Below, in pieces: positions 37,439 to 47,571 of a DNA stretch of 60,133 nucleotides. The stretch lies in contig JAJRTR010000064.1 of NCBI GenBank assembly GCA_024278215.1, positions 1 to 60,133 on the forward strand, read 5' to 3'. The first letter of the stretch is position 1. Every line of letters starts with the position of its first letter. The notes beneath the pieces are model-generated. The model saw only the letters and a program-made list of their open reading frames with translations, was not told where the DNA came from and searched no databases. This DNA is from a bacterium (lineage in GTDB: Bacteria; UBP15; UBA6099; JAJRTR01). The position numbers were made by a program, and so were the translations under genes.

Positions 37439-39844
37439 TCACGAGGTCCTGAGAGTACCGCCCGCTTCGTCGCGAACAAAAAATATTATCTTCTCCATAA
37501 TCGGATTAACTTCTTCGTCTGTCAGGGTGCGGTCCACCGCCCGGAACTCCAGCGCGAATGTTACACTCTTTTTGCCTTCGCCGATCTTTTCTCCCCTGAA
37601 CACATCGTAAACATAAGCTCTTTCGAGAAGGTCCGAGCCGTACCGGCAGATAATTTCTTCGATCGACCGGGCAGCAACATTTTCCGGCACAATAACGGAT
37701 ATGTCACGGGCCAGAGCCGGATGCCGCGAGATCGCCTCGTAGCGCGGTTCACGGTCCAGAATCGCTTTCAACGGTGCTATGTCGACAGTCGCAACGGCAG
37801 TGACGTGGCGGATATCGAAATTGGCGCATATTTCCGGATGCACCTCGCCCAGTTCGCCTATCTTCTCTTTACCCAGATATATCTCCGCGCTCCTGTTAGG
37901 ATGATAAAGCACATTGTCCGCCGGTCGGAATGAGGGCGTCTCAGGTGTCACACTATCAATAAACTGCTCGATTATTCCTTTTATAACATAATACACCGGA
38001 AGCTGGAAATTATAGTCGGTCTTTGTGGGAGTGCGCAGGCTCCGCCCGCAAACACCGATGCAGAGCGCATCCTCCTCGGCGGGATTCTCCGGGTCCATAA
38101 ACACTTTGCCGAGTTCGAACAGTTGCAGAGGCACATCGGGTGAGTTTGCCCTGTTGCGCGCAATCGTTTTGAGCATATTGGGCACGAGAGTGGGCCGCAG
38201 ATGCGTGTGATCCTCGGTCAGTGGATTTAATATCGGCACAGCAACCGGTGTCTTATCGGGCCAGATACGGGTTAGTTCTTTAAGGTTGGTGAAGCTGAAA
38301 GTGATGGTTTCGCTCAGTCCGCATCCTGCCAGAATCTCGCGAAGTTTTCGGTTGCCTGCCTGGTTCGGTGTCATTACAGCGCGGTGAATCAGTGTTTTGG
38401 GCATGACCGAGGGAACACGATTATATCCATAAATACGCGCAATTTCTTCAGCCAGGTCTTCCCATATAGCGATGTCGAATCTGTGGCCGGGCGCTGTTAC
38501 TTTAAGAATTTTTCCTTTTTCAGGCTTTTCAACAACAAAGTCGAGTCTTCTCAGGATACCTTCCATCTCGGACGGTTCAATATCGGGTGAGATGAACTTC
38601 TGTACCTTTGCTGGATTCAGTGAAATCTTTTTCGGTTTCACGGGTTTGGGATATTTGTCGATAAGTCCGTCGAGGGGTGTTCCCCATCCCATTTTTGCAA
38701 TGAGGTATGAGGCGTAATCGGAACACTTGACTGTAGTATCAGGGTTAACGCCTTTTTCAAATCTGACAGAAGCTTCAGTACGCATATCAAGCCCGGTAGC
38801 TGTTTTTCGCAGGTTTCGAGGCTGAAAATGAGCCGATTCCAGCAGCATGTTTACAGTATCGCCTTCGATCTCCGTCTCAGCACCGCCCATTACGCCCGCA
38901 ACGGCCACAGGACGTGTCTTATCCGCTATCACCAGCATATATGGGTCGAGGAGTCTGTCCGTATCGTCGATTGTCTTGATTTTTTCGCCTGCGATGGCTC
39001 TGCGAACCACTATGGCCCGTTTCTGAAGCGTATCCAGGTCGAATGCGTGAAGCGGCTGGCCTGTCTCGATCATCACATAATTTGTAACATCAACTATACT
39101 GTTTATGCCCCTCATGCCGCTGCATACAAGTCTACGGCGCATCCACAACGGCGATTCCTCGATCCGCACATTTCGTATCACACGCCCCGAATAGCGCGGA
39201 CACAGCATCGGGGCCTTTATCGTTACCGAAAAATCAATATCCAGCGGTTTCGTTTCAAGTTCAAAATCGAACACATCCTTTTTTATCGGGCGATCCAGCA
39301 CCGCCGCCAGGTCTCTCGCTATACCCAGCACGCACAGGCAGTCGCCTCGATTCGCTGTCAGGTCGAACTTAAAGACTTCCTGTGTTATCCCGATTGCATC
39401 GGGTACACAGTCACCAACCTTTGCGCTTTCGGGCAATGGCAGGATAACTTCCGCATTGTCCGAATACTCGACATCCGCCTCGGACAGGATTTTCGCGTCG
39501 GATGTCTCGCCCCCGAATTTCATCGACTCCAGTTTCATGCCGTCCGGCAATATGAAGCCTTCGTAACCTATCGGAATAATTTCACCCACACGAAATTCTC
39601 TCAAGTTGGTCAGCACGGTATTGCCGCGCGTATCGTCCTCGACGGTCAGAATCCAGAAACCCGGCTTCGCAGGGTGCTCCGACACGTTTGTAACCCGTCC
39701 TACATACGAATTCTCATACCCGAATCGTTCAGGGTATATTTCACCGACTTCAAGACCGGCCATAGTCAGCTTGTCGGCCACTTCCTCGATGGGGATATCC
39801 TCGAAGTCCACATATTCTCTCAGCCATTCAACTGGAACCTGCAT
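37439..39844 (-). CDS. pheT: phenylalanine--tRNA ligase beta subunit
   Basis: WLREYV, LT.AGLEV, T.NRGDC, SP.W...RL, VDVTNYVM.E.GQPLHAFD, AGVMGG, LESA.F, RFEKG, DL.EEIARIYGY, RTLTDEEV. Confidence 0.96.
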   Translation of the reverse strand: MQVPVEWLREYVDFEDIPIEEVADKLTMAGLEVGEIYPERFGYENSYVGRVTNVSEHPAKPGFWILTVEDDTRGNTVLTNLREFRVGEIIPIGYEGFILPDGMKLESMKFGGETSDAKILSEADVEYSDNAEVILPLPESAKVGDCVPDAIGITQEVFKFDLTANRGDCLCVLGIARDLAAVLDRPIKKDVFDFELETKPLDIDFSVTIKAPMLCPRYSGRVIRNVRIEESPLWMRRRLVCSGMRGINSIVDVTNYVMIETGQPLHAFDLDTLQKRAIVVRRAIAGEKIKTIDDTDRLLDPYMLVIADKTRPVAVAGVMGGAETEIEGDTVNMLLESAHFQPRNLRKTATGLDMRTEASVRFEKGVNPDTTVKCSDYASYLIAKMGWGTPLDGLIDKYPKPVKPKKISLNPAKVQKFISPDIEPSEMEGILRRLDFVVEKPEKGKILKVTAPGHRFDIAIWEDLAEEIARIYGYNRVPSVMPKTLIHRAVMTPNQAGNRKLREILAGCGLSETITFSFTNLKELTRIWPDKTPVAVPILNPLTEDHTHLRPTLVPNMLKTIARNRANSPDVPLQLFELGKVFMDPENPAEEDALCIGVCGRSLRTPTKTDYNFQLPVYYVIKGIIEQFIDSVTPETPSFRPADNVLYHPNRSAEIYLGKEKIGELGEVHPEICANFDIRHVTAVATVDIAPLKAILDREPRYEAISRHPALARDISVIVPENVAARSIEEIICRYGSDLLERAYVYDVFRGEKIGEGKKSVTFALEFRAVDRTLTDEEVNPIMEKIIFFVRDEAGGTLRTS

Positions 39845-39932
39845 TTCTTATCTCCAATGTATCTTTTTCCGACGCTGTTTGTTTCCTGCATTATTCGAAG
39901 CTCCGACCCGTTACTTGTACGTCATAATCAGG

Positions 39933-40955
39933 TCAGAATTGCTTCAGGAAGCGCATATCGTTTTCATAAAGAAGCCTGATGTCGTCGATGGAATATTTAA
40001 GCATGGCTACCCTGTCGATGCCGATGCCGAAAGCGAAGCCGCTGTATTTTTTCGGGTCGAATCCCGCATTTTTCAACACCTGTGGATGCACCATGCCCGC
40101 GCCGAGTATCTCGATCCAGCCGGTTCTTTTGCAGAGCCCGCAACCTTCGCCACCACAAATAATACATGATATCGCCACTTCGCAACTTGGCTCGGTGAAG
40201 GGGAAATAGTCGGGTCTGAAACGGGATAGAATGTCTTTACCGAATATTTCTTTGTTAAAAGCCTCGAGAGTGGCTTTGAGATGCCCCATAGTGATGTCTT
40301 TGTCGACAACAAGGCCCTCGATCTGGTGAAAAACGGGTGAGTGGCTTGCGTCTGTAGCATCGCGCCTGAACACGCGCCCCGGAGCGACAATCTGCACGGG
40401 AGGCGCGCCCATTTTTTCCATTACCCGAATCTGTACGGGTGATGTCTGGGTTCGCAGCAGGCGGTTTTCCCCCAGATAGAAGGAATCCTGCTCATCGCGT
40501 GCCGGGTGTTCGGAGTGGAGGTTGAGGGCCTCGAAGTTGTACCATTCCGTTTCGATCTCAGGACCCTCGACAACGTCGAAACCCATGGCGATGAAAACAT
40601 CGGTTATTTCGTGCCAGACACGGGTCAGAGGATGCAGGCGGCCAGTTGGAAACCGGAAGCCGGGGAGTGTAATATCCAGGCTTTCAGCACTGATTTTTTT
40701 CTTCAGGGCTTTCTCTTCAAGTTCTTTCTTTTTTTCTTCTGTCGCGTTTATGAGCCGTCCCTTGAGCTCATTCAGTGCTTTCCCGAACGCCTTGCGTTGC
40801 GAATGCGGCATCTCCTTGAGAGTTGCCATCTGTTTGCCGATCTCACCTTTTTTTCCGAGGAAGCGGACCTTCACATCCTGAAGTTCACTATTCGAGTCGG
40901 CGGCCTGAATGGCTGCTACGGCATTTGCTTCGAGTTTTTCGAGTTCTTCGTTCAT
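39933..40955 (-). CDS. pheS: phenylalanine--tRNA ligase alpha subunit
   Basis: GRLHPL, NFEALN...HPARD.QD.F, LLRTQTSPVQIR, FHQIEGL, FPFTEPS, GWIEILGAGMVHP, FAFG.G.DR. Confidence 0.97.
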   Translation of the reverse strand: MNEELEKLEANAVAAIQAADSNSELQDVKVRFLGKKGEIGKQMATLKEMPHSQRKAFGKALNELKGRLINATEEKKKELEEKALKKKISAESLDITLPGFRFPTGRLHPLTRVWHEITDVFIAMGFDVVEGPEIETEWYNFEALNLHSEHPARDEQDSFYLGENRLLRTQTSPVQIRVMEKMGAPPVQIVAPGRVFRRDATDASHSPVFHQIEGLVVDKDITMGHLKATLEAFNKEIFGKDILSRFRPDYFPFTEPSCEVAISCIICGGEGCGLCKRTGWIEILGAGMVHPQVLKNAGFDPKKYSGFAFGIGIDRVAMLKYSIDDIRLLYENDMRFLKQF

Positions 40956-41141
40956 AACAATTACTCCGAAATTGTATGTGCATCAGGTTGTATGCACGAA
41001 ACGTAAAATGTTTTCAGTAGCAACAACCTCACGATGTTATTTGTCTGAAAACTGCGCCCTTCCGTAAAATCGCACCTGAATTCGCGCAGGCCGAAGCTGC
41101 GCTTTAAACATAAACCACGATTGTATATTCCCTTGATTACA

Positions 41142-41175
41142 GAGTCAAGGAAGGTGCTGATTTTGCAATTGGCTC
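41142..41175. repeat. short remnant of the ERIC/MITE-like element (termini only)
   Basis: GAGTCAA...ATTTTGCAATTGGCTC. Confidence 0.5.
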
Positions 41176-41599
41176 TTCTCTATAATTCTCAATGGGGTTT
41201 CCCTCAAGCTACAGTGCATCAAAGATGTGTCAAATACGGCATAAGCGGAAATTTATATTTTATTTTTACCTGATACCGCCCTTACACTTCTATAGTTCAA
41301 CACGAAGTTGACACGACTGTAGTGGATTTTAGCCGCATATATTATAATTGGTGAAAGGTGAATTTTTTTTCAGGATTGCTATAGCTATTGCGCATTTTTG
41401 TGCAGATGTTTAAAGTAGGTTATGAAATTCAAGGCACTGTATTGTACGAAGAACCAGTAAAACATGGCAAAAGGGTGTTTTTTTACCAATCATTTGCATC
41501 GAAAAGAGACGATTGTAAATGAATGGGTAACAACCCTGGGAAAACCGGTGAAGCTGGCACACATATTGTAGTAATAATATGCCACAGTAAAAATAAAAA

Positions 41600-44500
41600 A
41601 TGTTAAACAGGATAATCATGAGACGAAAACTGAATATCAGGCAACCTGACATAGAGAATGCCTCCGACAGGAAAGTCATAATTCCCAGAGGTAAATTTTA
41701 TTGCATAGCGATAGCGGTGCTCCTGGCTGTGGCAGTGAGCGGCGCGACGGTGTTTGCGAATATCGTGGAATGGGATTCGGTCAACGGCGGCGGCGCCGAT
41801 CTGACAGCCGGCGGCACAAACTATCTGAGCGGCAGCATCGGCCAGCTTGTTGTCGACGCGAGTTCACCCGCCGCAGACGATCTGAAAGACGGCTACCGTA
41901 TAGCGATTCCCGAGGCTGCGGCTATCGAATGTCGAAACGCGGGCGCGGCCTGCACCGGCACATGCTACGGCCCGGCAAATAAAACATTCACGTTTTACAA
42001 TACGATGGGCGGCGGAACTGTGGGGTCGCCGACTGCGTTCAACTCCGGCTCGACGCAATATTATCTGTACCTCTGGCAGACAAACAACACATACAGTTAC
42101 AGCACAATACTGGGAGGCAACGACTGGAGCGACACGGCGGCGCTGTGCGAAGGCGGCGCGTGCGACAAAAGCGGTACATCAATGACAATCGACGCCACGT
42201 CGACAAGCAGCACCTGGTACTTTATAGCGAAGAGCTTCAATGGCGGACAGTGCGCGACAGGCGCGGGTTCGTGTGAAGGGCTGACGACTTACAACACGGT
42301 TGAGATCGGGCCGATCCAGTATGATGAAGACGCCGCGATCGCCGGTTCTCTCGGCGCGGTTACCGTCTCGAACCAGGCTAATGGAACCCATGTGGACGGT
42401 AATGGTTTCGACATCGACATGAGCGGTATTGTTACGACGGGCTGTTCCGCGACGACCGGCTGTCAGTACTGCGTGGCTAATGATGGAAGTTGCGACACCG
42501 AATGGGCAGCGGCAACTTACGCGGCAGGCGCGTGCGACCAGAACACGGTAACCTGCACAGACGGCGATACGGAAACAATAAATATGAGGGCCGTGGACGG
42601 ACTCAGCAACTACACGGCGGGAACAGAGATAACACGAACATGCGACGCCGCGGCGCCGTCCGTCACACAGGTACTGCCGGACTCGGACACATATACAAAT
42701 TCCACAAACATCACGAGCGGCGACGTGACTTGCAGCGACGGTACAGGCGTCGGACTGCACGCAACACCTTATGACGTGCAGTATTGCAAAAGCAATGTGG
42801 CGAAAACAGACTGCGACGACGCGACCGACACATGGAGCGATTCCGGCACAATCGGCTACACAGCCACAGCCAACCAGACGGTCAACAGTGCCGACGATGG
42901 ATACTATTTCTGTTTCAGGGCGAGATGCAGGGATGCGTTCGCTCACGAATCTTCGTGGATGTACTCGATGGACGCGCCGGCAGGTTGCATTTTCATCGAC
43001 AGGCAGGCACCGCCCAACCCGACAGTCTCCGGATATGACGACTCCAACAAAGGCGTAGCACTTGTTTCAGGCAACGGCTATCCATATGACGCGCCCAGCG
43101 GACCATATTTCGAATGGAACGATCCGACAGACGCTCCGGCGTCACCCGCGAACTCGGGAATAAAAGGTTACTATGTGTATTTCGGGACAAACAGCAGTTT
43201 CGACCCGGTTACCTACCAGGCGGCGGCCTCACCCAACACCTTTACAAACTCGACCTCGCTGACAAATGGAACAACTTATTATCTCAGGATAAAAACAGAA
43301 GACAACGCGGGCAATATCTCGACCGCGGCAACATTGTTCACCTATACGTACACGAGCGGCGCATACCTGCGGGCGACGGCGGTAGATGCGGACGCGACCT
43401 CATACGGTGGCGACCTGGGAACAACCGACGGCTCGGCCTCGGCGGCATCGACGACATTGCTCGACGGAGTGCTGAACCCGGACGGCACCGAATTCGAGAT
43501 AGTGCTGGTACAGCTTTACGACGAAGCCGACTCGATGATAACAAACGGAACACTGGCCACAAGCACAGTCCAGATATCGCTGGGTTCCGATGGAACAAGC
43601 CTTGTCGACAGTAGCGCGTATATCGACTCGACGGGCCTGACGGGAGCAGGAGCCACGGGGCCCGGCGTTACATCCGTCACAGGCAACCTGGTTGCCGGTG
43701 AAGGCTGGATCAAGATAAAAGCAACAGCGGCGGCGTCCGAAGCGATTTATGTCGAGGCCGCGCAAGCCGGCACCTCATCCTTCTCCGGAACAGGAGGCCG
43801 CAACCAGCGTGCCTATGTCCTGATACGTGATAAAACCGGATTCGGTGAAGGCATCGACACAGTTACCGACATGATGTCGCCGATAGCGGGCGGAACGGTC
43901 ATGCACCCGGTGTGGAGCCACGGGGGCACAGAGATCGTCGTTGCGGCCAGGACAGCGGCGGCAACAGGCTGGAACCTGTGGTTGATCGACTGGAACGGCA
44001 GCAGCTGGGATGCCGCCATAAGGCTGACCAATAATGGAATGTGTGTGCAGCCGATGGCCAGATATACATTTAACTCGGACGACAGCAAGGTAATATTTAC
44101 CGGCAGGGACGGATGTACGACCTCCGACGCGCCCGAAATGTACGCCGTTAACGCAGATGGTTCAGACAATGCCGATACGCTGGCAACTCTCGACTCGGAA
44201 AACAAACATATTTCAAATAAAACAGGTGGCACACCCTACTACTGGTGGGATGCCGAATGGAATGTCAACGCGGGTCCGTATGCCGACCAGTTGCTCGTTT
44301 CACTGGTAGACTTTTCCAACGTCGACCTGGAACTCTACTTCATGAACGGAGTAAAAACGGGCGGCCTATACCTCGAAGACAGCGTCGGCACAACATTTAC
44401 AAAGGTAACGGATTTCAATAACGCGAATTCATGGTCTTTTCACGGCTCGATGTCGGCCGACGGTACAAAAGTCACATTCGCCGTATGGGACTGGGGCACA

Positions 44501-45823
44501 ACCAGCTCGGATATGTATGTGACAAGCATCTATTCCGTCGATCTCACAGTAGCGACTTTACCGGTAACAGGTGTAGGGCCGGGAGTGGAACTGGTGCAGT
44601 CATGTTCCGCATCCTCATGTCCCAACGGCGCGGGGCTGTTCCCTTCATACACAAACGACGGCACAATGGTATCATATATGACAGATGATCTTACCGGATC
44701 GACCTTCGACATGCGCAACTTGATCAACGCGGGCTCCACGCTCGGCGGCGACATTACAACCGACTTCTTCACCGGTGCCAATTTCGACAATTATGTCGAG
44801 TACCTCGGCGACGGCATATACAGTCCGCAACTTCTTGGACAGAGCGAAAACAATGAGTTCGGACTCGTCCAGTGCCACGGCGCGGGATGCCCGCAGTCGA
44901 CAAACGGAAACCTGTTCGCCTATATAACACTCGACCCGGGCGGGACAACAGACGGGAAGCTTAAATTCCTGGAACTTTCCGACGTAAGCACAGTATCCAG
45001 CAACGGCGGACTGCTCTTCTTCCAAGGCTCTGTCAGTGCGGTTATTCCTCCCGGAGCAGTCCTGAGCGACGAAGTGAAACTGCAAGTTACAGCGCCCGGC
45101 TCGGCACCGAGTTCGCCCGACGGCAAAGACGTGCTCGTCAGCACAGGCGAGGCCCGCGAGTTCTTCCCGGACGGCGTCAAATTCAACAAAGACATCCTGA
45201 TGGTTTTCCATTATTGCGACCAGGACAACGATGGTATGCTCGACACCAATCAGGACGCAAACTGCACAGGAGGCGGGAACTCCGCGATAGACGAAAACGA
45301 TCTTTATGTCTACTTCTGGTGTGAAGACAGCGCACTGGGATGCACACAGGACGCATGGAACAAGCTCGACGGCTCGATCGATCCGACAAACGACACGATC
45401 ACAGTAGCAATAAACCATTTCTCGAAATATGACGTGTGGGCACTGATGAACGGCAGATACGCGCCGGCGGCATTCGTCGAACTCAACCTTGTGGACCTCC
45501 ACACATATCCCAATCCCTGGAGAACAGGTTACGGAAATGTCGAATTTTCTGTCTCCAATTCCAGTACGTACAATGCAGGAAACATCTCAGTCAGTGTGTC
45601 GATATACGACATCAGGGGCAAACTCGTGAGGACAATAAACGAGTTCTGGTCCGGCACCCTGCCGAACAACACCGCCGGAACGGGCCTGATGGTCGCGCAA
45701 TGGGATGTTAGGAACAACGCGGGCAGGCAGGTGGCGTCCGGCATATATCCTTATGTATTAAGGATAAGCGACGGACAGAATTTCAATAAGACATACACCG
45801 GAAAACTGACGGTTGTCAGATAA
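41600..45823 (+). CDS. large secreted multidomain protein (Cys-rich, FN3-like, TolB/PD40-like propeller, ZU5-like) with C-terminal T9SS/FlgD-Ig-like domain
   Basis: Signal-like segment; HPVWSHGG, SMSADG, FPSYTNDG; VIPPGA...PDGVKF...NHFSKY; C-terminus YPNPW..IYDIRGKLVRTI..WD.RN.AG..VASGIY.Y...GKL.VVR. Confidence 0.8.
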   Translation: MLNRIIMRRKLNIRQPDIENASDRKVIIPRGKFYCIAIAVLLAVAVSGATVFANIVEWDSVNGGGADLTAGGTNYLSGSIGQLVVDASSPAADDLKDGYRIAIPEAAAIECRNAGAACTGTCYGPANKTFTFYNTMGGGTVGSPTAFNSGSTQYYLYLWQTNNTYSYSTILGGNDWSDTAALCEGGACDKSGTSMTIDATSTSSTWYFIAKSFNGGQCATGAGSCEGLTTYNTVEIGPIQYDEDAAIAGSLGAVTVSNQANGTHVDGNGFDIDMSGIVTTGCSATTGCQYCVANDGSCDTEWAAATYAAGACDQNTVTCTDGDTETINMRAVDGLSNYTAGTEITRTCDAAAPSVTQVLPDSDTYTNSTNITSGDVTCSDGTGVGLHATPYDVQYCKSNVAKTDCDDATDTWSDSGTIGYTATANQTVNSADDGYYFCFRARCRDAFAHESSWMYSMDAPAGCIFIDRQAPPNPTVSGYDDSNKGVALVSGNGYPYDAPSGPYFEWNDPTDAPASPANSGIKGYYVYFGTNSSFDPVTYQAAASPNTFTNSTSLTNGTTYYLRIKTEDNAGNISTAATLFTYTYTSGAYLRATAVDADATSYGGDLGTTDGSASAASTTLLDGVLNPDGTEFEIVLVQLYDEADSMITNGTLATSTVQISLGSDGTSLVDSSAYIDSTGLTGAGATGPGVTSVTGNLVAGEGWIKIKATAAASEAIYVEAAQAGTSSFSGTGGRNQRAYVLIRDKTGFGEGIDTVTDMMSPIAGGTVMHPVWSHGGTEIVVAARTAAATGWNLWLIDWNGSSWDAAIRLTNNGMCVQPMARYTFNSDDSKVIFTGRDGCTTSDAPEMYAVNADGSDNADTLATLDSENKHISNKTGGTPYYWWDAEWNVNAGPYADQLLVSLVDFSNVDLELYFMNGVKTGGLYLEDSVGTTFTKVTDFNNANSWSFHGSMSADGTKVTFAVWDWGTTSSDMYVTSIYSVDLTVATLPVTGVGPGVELVQSCSASSCPNGAGLFPSYTNDGTMVSYMTDDLTGSTFDMRNLINAGSTLGGDITTDFFTGANFDNYVEYLGDGIYSPQLLGQSENNEFGLVQCHGAGCPQSTNGNLFAYITLDPGGTTDGKLKFLELSDVSTVSSNGGLLFFQGSVSAVIPPGAVLSDEVKLQVTAPGSAPSSPDGKDVLVSTGEAREFFPDGVKFNKDILMVFHYCDQDNDGMLDTNQDANCTGGGNSAIDENDLYVYFWCEDSALGCTQDAWNKLDGSIDPTNDTITVAINHFSKYDVWALMNGRYAPAAFVELNLVDLHTYPNPWRTGYGNVEFSVSNSSTYNAGNISVSVSIYDIRGKLVRTINEFWSGTLPNNTAGTGLMVAQWDVRNNAGRQVASGIYPYVLRISDGQNFNKTYTGKLTVVR

Positions 45824-45947
45824 TAAATAACCGGCTGTTATGATCTCATGTGGATTTATTTGCAAGTAGTAAAACAGGAGAATTTGTTTGTAAAGAACGT
45901 GATCGGGGTATAAAGAAGTAGGGATTACCTCAAGAGGGGATATAGAT

Positions 45948-46856
45948 ATGAATGTAAAGAAAACGATTAAAACAGTGTTATTCGCAGCCTTTGCGCTGGC
46001 GATTCTGCCGGTGATAAGTTATGCGACAGGAACAACAGGCGCGACATTTCTCAACGTGGGAGTGAGCGCGCGGTCGGAAGCCATGGGCGGCGCATATTCG
46101 GCAATAGCGGACGACGCCAGTGCCGTCACGATAAACCCCGCTGGAATGGTTCAGGTCAAAAAGAGCCAGGTCTCCGTAATGCACAACGAGTCACTCCTGG
46201 ACATCAACCAGGAATACTTCTCTTACGTGACCAACTGGGGAAATAAAGCATTCGGCACGAATCTTATATATGTGGACTATGGCACACAGATGTTCAAGGA
46301 TGAAAACGATGCCGGCACCAGCACATTCAAACCCAAGAGTTACGCGCTGTCATTCGCATATTCAGCTTATGCGAGCAAAGTGCTTTCCTATGGCGTAGCG
46401 ATCAAATATGTAAAAATGGACATCGGCGTTGACAACTATGAAGACTCGACATTTGCCGTAGACCTCGGCCTGCTCTACAAACCACATCCCAAAGGATGGC
46501 GTATGGGCGCTGTTCTCTCACATCTCGGCGGAGGCCTTACCCTCTACAAAGAAGAAGACCCGCTGCCACTCACATTCAAAATCGCCACCGCCTATGAATG
46601 GGACAATATACCCCTCCTCGCTTCATTCGACTGGTACATGATCAAGGAAGAGAACCCGGAATACCACTTCGGCGCGCAATACACAATCTCCGATATCGTG
46701 CCTGTCAGACTGGGCTATTCCTCGCAGAGCGATCTCGACAACGGCTTCTCTTATGGAATCGGCCTTGTGCAGGACCAATTCGCTCTTGACTATGCGTTTA
46801 TCCCAGCCGGCGAAATGGACGATACACACAGGTTCTCACTATTGTTTAATTTCTGA
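45948..46856 (+). CDS. PorV/PorQ (UPF0164)-family outer-membrane beta-barrel
   Basis: Signal peptide; GATFL.VGV.AR..AMG.AY.A.ADD..A...NPAG, D.G..Y, LP, R.GY, DYA......THRFS....F. Confidence 0.85.
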   Translation: MNVKKTIKTVLFAAFALAILPVISYATGTTGATFLNVGVSARSEAMGGAYSAIADDASAVTINPAGMVQVKKSQVSVMHNESLLDINQEYFSYVTNWGNKAFGTNLIYVDYGTQMFKDENDAGTSTFKPKSYALSFAYSAYASKVLSYGVAIKYVKMDIGVDNYEDSTFAVDLGLLYKPHPKGWRMGAVLSHLGGGLTLYKEEDPLPLTFKIATAYEWDNIPLLASFDWYMIKEENPEYHFGAQYTISDIVPVRLGYSSQSDLDNGFSYGIGLVQDQFALDYAFIPAGEMDDTHRFSLLFNF

Positions 46857-46932
46857 TAACAAACTGACTTGACGCTTTTAACATACGAGCCAATTGCAAA
46901 ATTATCGCGGTTATCAACAGGAATTGCGTGTG

Positions 46933-47133
46933 TGAAATCGTGAAACAACATGGTGTCGTGTCAACTTTGTATCGACGTTTTGAGTGGGCGCGGTCACCGT
47001 ACCGCGCCTGAGCATATATTACGCATAACTGTTTGTACGACCAAAAGTTGAGGCGCGGTACGGTGACCGCGCCCTTGTTCTGTTCCTTCCACTAAATTAT
47101 TTTCTTACATCTTTTCATCATTGACACGACAAT
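46933..47133 (+). repeat. REPIN-like element: inverted REP doublet with conserved spacer and flanks
   Basis: GGGCGCGGTCACCGTACCGCGCC (46986-47008) and its inverse (47052-47074). The ~200 bp is the near reverse complement of 53913-54112. An ERIC-like terminus lies just upstream at 46887. Confidence 0.85.
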
Positions 47134-47571
47134 TTGGAATTTCAGTCATACGATACCCAAAAAATGTTTTGAGCACAGTACCTGTAGTAATGAGTACACC
47201 TAAGTATAGGTGCCGTCATCTGCATGTACTATTATCATACCAAAATATATGGACTTTTCCACAATCACATGTTGATGTTTTCTACTTATTCACATAGTTT
47301 TCCACATTGCTGCGACCGAAAAGTATGCTTTTCGGTATAAAGTCATGTAAAACAGCACTTTAGAGCATACCCTGAAATCACTCCGTAAACTATGGGTAAG
47401 TATAGGTAAGCAATATGAATATCCGGAGCAGACAAACCCGCATTCTTTGATTGTGTCGGTGTCGTGTCAACGATTCCAGCCCACATTGGGGTTTTCTCGG
47501 AAGATCGGATTTATCACCAGGACAAGAAACGGTATTGATAAAGAGAAGAAGAAATGGAGTTGGATGCCGGG

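Noticed and set aside
40956-41200. T-box riboswitch upstream of pheS
   Set aside because: No GGTGGNACCGCG T-box sequence on the minus strand.
41535-41592. Cobalamin-riboswitch-like GGGAAAACCGGTGAA
   Set aside because: The remaining core (TCC...CCC.C.ACTGT and the B12 box) is not present.
47255-47306. Chromosomal oriC
   Set aside because: Only three imperfect boxes, no dnaA/dnaN/gidA context and no switch in gene orientation; kept as a low-interest finding.
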